From Dudresnaya verticillata (Eukaryota): DNA of 64,000 nt. The stretch is taken from assembly GCA_977862235.1 (NCBI GenBank), contig OZ374566.1, positions 186,001 to 250,000 of the forward strand. The letters run 5' to 3'. The position numbers were made by a program, and so were the translations under genes. This document shows positions 56,119-64,000 of the stretch, piece after piece (the stretch's first letter is position 1; each line of letters begins with the position of its first letter). A model generated the notes under the pieces. That model was not told where the DNA came from, ran no database searches, and saw nothing but the letters and a program-made list of their open reading frames with translations.

Positions 56119-59100
56119 ATGGGTCGCGATCGGGAGAATTCGCAGAGTCGCATGGCTAAAGTTGTCACTGCGGACATAAGAAACGCTCCAACGACTGCGA
56201 GGTGCCATCCTACGCCTTGCAATCTGCGCAACGACGAGCACATGCAGGAAGGACTCGAAGAGAAGCGCGAAATAATGGTTACCGTCAAGTCTCCCGGTTC
56301 TGATTCCGTCGAACAGCGCGATAGGCAACATGTACAAGCGAGGAGCGTCGTAATTATGATGGATGGAAAGGAGGTAGGCACGGCTGAGCCAATGAGGCCG
56401 TCAGCACCCGAACAAGCGGATGACACGGGAGCTTTCAAGGTGAAGATGCATGGTCGTTCGCTGAAGGAGTTGCAAGGTAAGGGTGAGACATGGGTAGTCA
56501 TATACAATGTCAAAGTTCACAAAGACCATCTTCAAAGTCGTTACAAATACAAGTACCCAGGACTGGAGCCCCCACCGCCCACTCTTTCTGGACTAAATGT
56601 TGGAATTCATGTTTGGGACAGGGAGCAGATAAAAAATGGGAAGAGAAAGCAAACGGAAGAGGAAACTACAGGTGGTGCGCAAGGGAATATACCTGTCAAG
56701 TCGAAACTAACAAGTAATACGGCAAATGATGGCCGTGTTGCTCGAAGGGTGCTTCCATCACGGAAAGCGAGGCCTGGTCTACTGCAGCGCCTTGCTACAA
56801 CGATAGGGATGGGAACTAAAATACCTACTCCCCGTTCTGAATCTCCGAAACGGTCGTTACAGGAGAATAGAACCAGTACAGACACAGTGGCTGAGGCACT
56901 TCCTGGTGAAGGGATCGAGCAAGCTACGGAAAGAACGCCTTCGCCTGTCCCGGAACAGCCCTTACTCGTCTACACTCCTGAGCGACAAGCTCCCATGTGC
57001 CGTTGTCCGTACGCACTGGATACTGCGAATAATGGCGACAAAGGGAGTCGCAACGCCTCGGATGAAGTCGAATTGTGTACCACAAGGAGGGACAAGTCAC
57101 CAAAAAATGATAGCAATGATGATAGTGTGCGTCCTGACGATAATCACACACCGGACGCTGACGAGTCACCAGACTGGACCCCAAAGGAGACCAGGGATGT
57201 TGATAAAGAGGCTAGCAATGATAGACTGCAAGCCTCATGGGATAAGCGCAAACGCCAATACAGGTATGTCAACCACCCGGAAGGAGCCCTTTCAGGGTCA
57301 ATAATGCAGGCGAAAAGGCGGAGGGTATTGGAAACGTTGGAGAGTCAGGACATGTCCGGTATCTACTGCTGCAAGACGAAACAGTGCTTCGCCACTATCG
57401 AGCCTGTTTATGTCATAGCGGAGTCGCGCAAAGTCATGGCGCAGAACGGGGCCGAGAGAAAAAGCTACCTCGCAGGGCTTCTTGAGCACAGCTCCAACAT
57501 GTATTTTTTAGCGGTCGTCCTGTATGCTACACATTTCTGGAGAGGGCGTTCGGCTTTTCCAGAGACCTTCAGTCCGTTGTGAAGGGGACCAATCTCAGTC
57601 GTGAAAGGAAAGGTAGAGGGCTCGCTGTCACTTCTTCTTCTACTGAGCAACTGGAAGTCATCGTCTCTTTTCTGGAGCGCCTTGCGGAAGTCTCTGGGGA
57701 CGCGCAACCCGACAAGCAGGAGATTCATCTTCCGTTCTATCAGAAACTCGCAGTTTACAACACGTTTAAGAAAGAACATGACGCTCTGTATCCGAGGCGA
57801 GAGATGCCATCTCAAAGCTACTTTTACAGCATCTGGACTCGATACTGCCCACAAATCAAGGTACGGCGCACGCATAGGTTTGCGAAATGCCCTGAATGCG
57901 AACATATCAAAGACTTGCTGGCAAAGGCTACTACAGATCTTCCTGGCACGGAAGCGCTTCGTGAGCGTCGGTCACGACATGTCAAAGCGATCATGACGGA
58001 GAGGACAGAGTATCGCAAGAAATGCGAAATGGCATCTATGTACCCGAAGAGCTACTGCTCTGCAATAATCGATGGTGCTGATCAGTCCGTGTTCGGACTT
58101 CCCCACTTCCATGTCAAGCGGAAGGATACTCGCGGGCACGCCTTGAAGGCGAAAGTTGTTGGTGTCCTGGAACACGGTCAAACTGCGAACCTCCACCTAT
58201 TCACTATGACTGGTGAATTTGAGACCGGTGCCAATCACGTCATTGAGGCGTTGCACAGAATGCTAATGTCCCGTAGGGACAGAATTCCACTCAAGGGAAC
58301 TGTGTTTTTCCAGGCCGACAACTGCACGAGGGAAAACAAGAACAAGTATCTATTCGGGTACTTAGAGTTTCTCGTTGCCATGGGTGTGTTTTGTGAAGTG
58401 CATGCATCGTTCCTACCTATTGGGCACACACATGCTGATATCGACCAGGTATTTAGCTGCACAGCAAGGAGACTGAGGGTAAGAGATGCAATTACTATGG
58501 AGGATCTGATGCACGAATTGCGACATTCCTACACACCCCAGCCGCGCGTTACAGAAATACGCCATGTTGCTAATTTCTCCGGGTTGTGAAACATGGAGGA
58601 GTGTCTCGGACGAACGGAGGCCACTTCCGAGTATCGGTACTTTCGCTTTACAACGGAAGGCCCTTTGGCCTCACATCCTACTAAGTTTAAAACACGCTGC
58701 GAAGTCAAGATATGGAGCAAGGAATCCTGGAAACCACTACAAACAAAAGACGGACAGGTAGGGTTCTTGTTATTCCTGCCAGACTTAAGCAATACCCCGC
58801 CTACACCGTGTCACTCCCCACCCGACGAGCACGAAATTACTAATCGTCTGCGTTCCGAGGAAACAAGAATCAACGACCACACAAAGTTGCAGAAACTGCT
58901 GGCACTCCGAGATAGAGTTTATTCGGACCGCGATGACCCCTTGCACTGGTCATTGCCGGATGTCTTTGAATTAGACGGTTCTGACAAGCCTAGTGGCATC
59001 GTTCCCGCTGGTGATTCCGATTCCGATTCCAAAGCAGATTCAGGAGAAGAGCAAGTTGTGAGGCAGGACCTACCTTATACTAAGAACAGCTTCGTAGCGG

Positions 59101-59419
59101 TTCTGGGAGATGACTGTACTGAAAATTGTCCATTCTGGCTTGGCCAAATCATGGACTGGAATTCTAACCAACGGGGAGGATAACAACTCTGGAGGTGGAG
59201 TGGTACGAGAGGAGTACGGGCAGAGGCAATACGTTTACAGGGAGGTACAAAAAAGCAAAAGTCACCAAAGGTGTCGACCAAACCATTCCATGGAGAGATA
59301 AAGTCCCTCAAAGCTCCGTACTGGTCGAGTTCGCTCGTTTAACAAATGGTGGGATCCCGGTGACTGTGCAACGGAAAGTTAGGGAAGCCCTGGACATGCG
59401 ATCGGAAAATATCGCGTAG
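56119..59419 (+). mobile_element. Decayed Sola-like DDD DNA transposase
   Basis: CCKTKQC, GDAQPD..IHLPF, FAKCPEC, IIDGADQ, QADNCTRENKN, FLPIGHTHADIDQVFS. Frameshift in the T-run at ~57505, stop at 58587, frameshift at ~59172. Confidence 0.85.
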
Positions 59420-59559
59420 GGACCACAAAGCCTTGCGAGCGGCTATCGGTTGCTCGAAATGATGCCATGGGACGATTGATAGTGAATAAATATGTTTAGG
59501 AGTTGAGTTTGAGCCTCACGTAGTAGCGCCCAGGAGTGTGAGACCGGTTCGTGCGCTGC

Positions 59560-60220
59560 TATAGATACGAAGTGATATGCAAGAACTCGCATCCTGCCCT
59601 CACCGTGAGACACCCCATCCTGATGAAAACCTTTACGTCCTGTCCAACATTCGCGACAATTTGGTCATTAGCAGGAATAGAACAAACAGCAGTGGTTTGA
59701 GCCCTTGCCGTTGAAGAGCTGGTCCAAACAAACATGAGCCCCGAGTAGTCTGACGAGTAGACCTTATCTGCCACGTCGGCAATGCCGACACTCTGATTTG
59801 CGTGGCCGCGCATGACGGTCTTGCGCTCACCATCGGCTCCAGTGATAAATATCTCAGAATGCAGCGAGGCGAACCCTACTTCGCCAGTGTTGCGGGCAAT
59901 CGTGCAGCCCACCTGCATGTCCATGACATTAGAGCCGAAGGTGACCGTGGATAGGCACTCGCCGTCTGGAATGCTCCACATGCGGGTAGTTTTGTCATTC
60001 GACGAGTACAGCAGTTTGGAGCGCTCCGGCGCCGTCATCCGCCCAACACAGGCAAGTGACAGACGCAGTGTGCCGCTTGAAAGTGGCGATAACGTCCGTC
60101 TTGGCAACGTCGACAATGCTAATGGACCTATCCGAGGACGCATTGGCGCGCTCGCGAGCTTGGAGCTGCCGGGGAGAAGCAGACATAGTTGATAAAGCTA
60201 GTGTGATGTTTCAAGGGCTT
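59560..60220 (-). pseudogene. Deleted fragment of a WD40 gene, AIP1/WDR1-like
   Basis: HTSFINYVCFSP, HTASVTCLCW, SSNDKTTRMW, DMQVGC, RGH, VYSSDYSG...VW spread over several frames. Confidence 0.65.
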
Positions 60221-60359
60221 GGGTGAGTCAATCTCCTGAACGGGGGAACGGGGGGTTGCGGCGGCGGAGAGGGACGTGCAAAGCAGGAGATGGTAGTACG
60301 AAGAGGTGGGCCAGACCCTGTGTAACACATTGAGATCAGTAGCAAACCAGGACGCAGAT

Positions 60360-60670
60360 CTGGAAAAGCTATAAACGAATATAGATATCGGCCAATAGAT
60401 GTTGAGATGCGCCAAATGAAACATCTATTTTCAAAGGTTTTTGATTTGCGACTCCGCCGGAGCTACATAGCTCCCCATTTAGTCAGAATGGAAAACCTAA
60501 AAAAGTAGATATTTGCCTGGAGGTAATCTCGTTAGCTACATAGCTATTCAGGAAGCGGAATCGTGAAACCTAAGAAAATAGCTTTTCGATCTGGGCGTCG
60601 CCGAGGAGCTATTAGAAATATCCATATTCGTCGATAGCTTCCACGCACGAGAAACGAATTAGCTACTGCC
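60360..60670. repeat. Non-coding tract with reiterated AGCTA/TAGCT and AAACCTAA motifs; possible transposon subterminal region
   Basis: AGCTACATAGCT twice, several further AGCTA/TAGCT copies, AAACCTAA twice. Confidence 0.4.
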
Positions 60671-61386
60671 TCACAGAAGTACTCGACGCGTCTTTCTGCT
60701 CCACCACCGCCGCTGCATGCGGGTTGGACACCCTGATTCCCGTACTATTCCTCGAACTATTCCTCGCCTTCATGCTGTTCGGGCCGGTCTACATGCTTCA
60801 ACACCTTCACCTCGTTCGGCCCGGCCATCGCCGCCTCGGAGGCGCTTGCCAACGCGGCCGCAGTCCCGCTGGAAGCGCTCCGCCGCGACTCGGTCGCGCT
60901 GCTCGGCTTGCTGGATGGGCCGATCGGCGACCTTCACACTACCCTCGTGCAGCGCCGCGAGGCTGCTGCTAGGACGTCTGCGCGAATGAACTGCTCCTGA
61001 AATGCGAGCGACTGCTCAAGGAGTACTCCGAGTTTGCTTCCACGCCGTCCCCGGTGGGGCTGATGTTCGTCGAGCGAATTCCTGGGTAAAGTTCCCAACT
61101 GTCGTTCAGGCTAAGCAGACCTATCGATGGCGCGTTTTTCAAGAATCTCTCTCCGTTCAGTGATACCAGACTGCGGATGACGCCGATGCTCGCAGTCGCG
61201 GGGAGAAGCATTAATAATGGAAATCTCAAGGCAAGACGAAAGGCCGCAGCAAGCGATTCTGCCACCGCGGATTATGCCAAGACTACTGCGAGTATTTCCG
61301 CTACTGCTGCCGATGCTATGCAAGCTACAGAGGGTGAGGGGTTGCATCCCACGGGCCCAGTCTCGGCAACGGTCCAAGGTGCAACC

Positions 61387-62100
61387 ATGCCCGGCACAAT
61401 TGTCCTCGAGTATTTTCGCCAGATAGAGAGCAAAAACCTAGCGTGGATGCGCGAGCTATCTCGTCTGCTTCCTGACTTTAAGGTCGGGAAATAGCGCGCT
61501 GGCAAGACCGTAATTGATCCAAACGAAGAGCTGTGGCGCCAAGTCCAGTATCTTGTAATCTGGCACATGCCAGTACCTCAAATGTTGAGCCTACCCAACC
61601 AACACGCCATTCACCTTGTAGGAAGCAGAGCCGCCCACCTTGCTCTGCATCAAATCCCGGAGCACATAACTATTGTTCGCCTGGTAGATCCCGATGTTGC
61701 TATAGACATGGCAGCCTATGTCATGCACTGGGTTATTCAACTTCAAATCGGCTTGGGATAATACCTCAAGTTCCAGCAAGAAAAGCGATGGCAGAAACTA
61801 GCGTTCATCCCTCGGTACAGGTTCGTAGTTGGCGGCATGGGCTCTGACACCGTCGGCTCTACCGTCGGCAAGGCCGCAGCGGCCATGGGATATCCAGTAT
61901 CCGCTTGGAGTCGGAACGGCGTCGCAACAGAAGGTGTGCAAGCCTTCGCTGAGTAGCAGGTGGACGACTTTCTGAGCTGTGTCAACGCGCTTGTTAACGT
62001 GCTCATGTTGAGGCCAGAGACCGAGAATATGCTCGATACAAGTGGCTAATATTGAGCGGATGGAGCGTGGTGAGCCTGCCTTTACCCTGGTCGACAGATT
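61387..62100 (+). pseudogene. D-2-hydroxyacid dehydrogenase (GhrA-like) pseudogene with internal deletion
   Basis: IVRLVDP...MAAYV, decayed Rossmann VGGMGS..VG, GYPVSAWSR, LVNVL.LRPETEN, then the C-terminal ANIERMERGEP..LVDR; several in-frame stops. Confidence 0.8.
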
Positions 62101-62595
62101 CTCGCAGAGGTCAAGAAGTGATACGAAATGGCGGGCGACAAAGAAGCCCATGCGGGTAATATTCTCTCCCGTCTGCTCAATGTGGACGTCTCAGTGGGTA
62201 AGCGTGTGTGCTCGAGCGGATCCGAAAACGGCATTGCGAAGGTTGTCATCGCAACAGGTATTGACAATCAGATCAGATCGTTTACAAGAATTGCACGAAG
62301 CCTATTCCGAGAGTGGGGCTTCTACATCGCGTTCTACTTCCTCCCTAAGTGCACGTACAGAACGATGCAAGTCCTGTAAATTTCGCCGAGCATGACGAAG
62401 CGCACTTATTATCCTTCTTCCGAATTATTGAATGAGGTAGCGAACGAAATTGGATGCCCTTTGCACTTCGCCCTCCAGGCCACGGAATACGTTCCGCAGA
62501 TGGGCGACTTGTTGACGTAGTCGTATGACCTCGACCTGTGCGTCGCCAACGGTTGGGTTAAGGGGCAACGGCATTTCGGGTGTTGGTCGAGCTTC

Positions 62596-62919
62596 TCAGA
62601 AGTTGTGCTGAAGTTGGTTCTCAATATCCGAATCCAACTCAGGGTCGTCTTCACCCAGGACTTGTATCCCAAGACGCCGTTCGATGGTTTGCAGTCTTCT
62701 TCTCGCAGCTCTCGCGATGTGCACTGCCTGAACCACAACCCTCGACAAGCGGTCCATGACGTTGGTGGTTACCTCGCTCATTCTCTGCCGAGCACTTTCC
62801 ACTCGAGTTCTTAGCGCGTCTACCTCCATTCGAAGAGCCCGTACCTCGGCGAGAAGTGCTTCCGTATCCACGTCCATTGCAGAGCCGGCCTCATGTCCAT
62901 CGTCTCGCGATGACGCCAT
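62596..62919 (-). CDS. Small coiled-coil ORF directly downstream of the methyltransferase ORF
   Basis: ATG at 62919; heptad pattern LLAEVRALRMEVDALRTRVESA; related to 54265..54534. Confidence 0.55.
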   Translation of the reverse strand: MASSRDDGHEAGSAMDVDTEALLAEVRALRMEVDALRTRVESARQRMSEVTTNVMDRLSRVVVQAVHIARAARRRLQTIERRLGIQVLGEDDPELDSDIENQLQHNF

Positions 62920-63018
62920 GGGTATGGAAACGAGAGCTGCCTGCCGAACGAAGCGCACTCTTGACTGGCGAAAAATGTGAGTTTATTACGCAGCAAAAGT
63001 GCAGGTGTTTCAAGATGT

Positions 63019-64000
63019 CTACGACTCGGGTTCGAAAGGTTCCATCTCTTTGAGATCCCACGCAAAGAATGCAGTTAAATCCCTAAGCAGGGCCGGTTGT
63101 TCCTCCGGGCCCTTGAAGGTGTAATTGTATGGCTTGTCAGCAAATGCGTCTAACAGATTGAATGAGAACACCGCCACGAGATGTTCACCAGGTTTGCTGA
63201 ACTGCTGCAACGAGTGACCGTGTATTTTCTCCTTAACCCCAGTTCCGTCTTCATTCGGCTGAATTGTCGCCTCCCCAACTTTCTGCTGCCCGTATCTGAG
63301 CCACACTCTGTCGCCCCCTTTCAGTTTCGCCCCACCGCGCTTGAAGGAATAGTCCTGAGACAAGATTTTGTCTTTCACTGCTACTGAGTCTTGCACGACA
63401 CTGTAACCCTGTTTGTCATCCTTCCCCGCTTCTGTGACATCCTTAGTGTGCGATGCCACTCCGCACTCAGCTTGACGCGCCTTCTTCGATTTTTCTTGCG
63501 TCTCCGAAAGATCCGTTGAACGCTTATTTGGAAGTAAATCCCCAGATACGCCACTCTGGTTCTCGTTGGCGAGGCGTTGTAGTCTTTCTGTGGCTAATCT
63601 GAACGTCTCAGCTTTGCTTTCCACAAGAGTGCACTTCGGATCCAATCTGAGACACGCAATTCCTGTAGTCATCGTTCCGGCGTGTGTGACCAGAACAGAA
63701 CCTCCGTCAGGGCAGAACGTGGTAAGGACTTCAGTGAGCATGTCCGGGTTCTTTTCTTCTGTGAGAAGCGGAGCTCTAGTCGTTCCAAGCTTCAGAATTT
63801 TATCCCTGGCCGCGGGAACAGATGTCATGACAGCGAACTTTCTTCTCTCGCCACATGGAACGTAGTGGTACGGACTTGACAAGTCGGGGGAGAATGATGC
63901 CTTCGATATTCCTTTTCGCCTGCCAAATACTGCAATCTCAGCACCATTTTGTAATCCCTTCCTGCGACTTATCTGCATCGTAGCTGTGTCCTTGCATATC
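63019..64000 (-). CDS. N4-cytosine/N6-adenine DNA methyltransferase-like protein (beta-class C-terminal half) fused to a transposon-type accessory domain; 5' part outside the window
   Basis: EEKNPDML.EVL..FCPDGGSVLVTHAGTMTTGIACLRL...CTLVE....FRLA.ERL follows the motif X-I-II pattern KP..L...I.......G..VLDPF.GSGTT..A....R..IG.E....Y...A..R; the frame stays open to the window edge. Confidence 0.72.
   Translation of the reverse strand, partial: ICKDTATMQISRRKGLQNGAEIAVFGRRKGISKASFSPDLSSPYHYVPCGERRKFAVMTSVPAARDKILKLGTTRAPLLTEEKNPDMLTEVLTTFCPDGGSVLVTHAGTMTTGIACLRLDPKCTLVESKAETFRLATERLQRLANENQSGVSGDLLPNKRSTDLSETQEKSKKARQAECGVASHTKDVTEAGKDDKQGYSVVQDSVAVKDKILSQDYSFKRGGAKLKGGDRVWLRYGQQKVGEATIQPNEDGTGVKEKIHGHSLQQFSKPGEHLVAVFSFNLLDAFADKPYNYTFKGPEEQPALLRDLTAFFAWDLKEMEPFEPES

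Noticed and set aside
1..64000. tRNA or rRNA genes
   Set aside because: None recognised by eye; a covariance-model scan would be needed to exclude them

Overview
Eukaryotic, intron-poor genomic DNA, most likely from a red alga. This is inferred from a UhpC-type transporter with an 'AF' plastid transit peptide, a TACTAAC branch-point intron and GalEa-like Copia elements. The first ~23 kb is a compact block of mostly intact genes: MED27, UhpC, a Golgi-type sulfotransferase, a 15-repeat SEL1-like protein, a GH47 mannosidase homologue with degenerate active-site motifs, a plastid ankyrin protein and TAF6, plus two disrupted secreted-protein genes. From ~23 kb onward the window is a mosaic of transposons and pseudogenes. 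It contains two MYND paralogues, a truncated SKP1, a MITE, several perfect hairpins, a duplicated segment, three copies of one LINE family, two Copia-type LTR elements (one with an apparent -1 ribosomal frameshift signal) and fragments of host genes (TTC27, a kinase, PsuG-PfkB, AIP1, GhrA). The best candidate for a new system is at 54-64 kb. There, a decayed Sola-like DDD transposase and a bacterial-type N4C/N6A DNA methyltransferase ORF share a clearly homologous ~95-aa accessory domain, and each lies next to the same family of small coiled-coil ORF. This suggests a methyltransferase-carrying DNA transposon family. All family assignments come from motif recognition by eye; no database searches were run.
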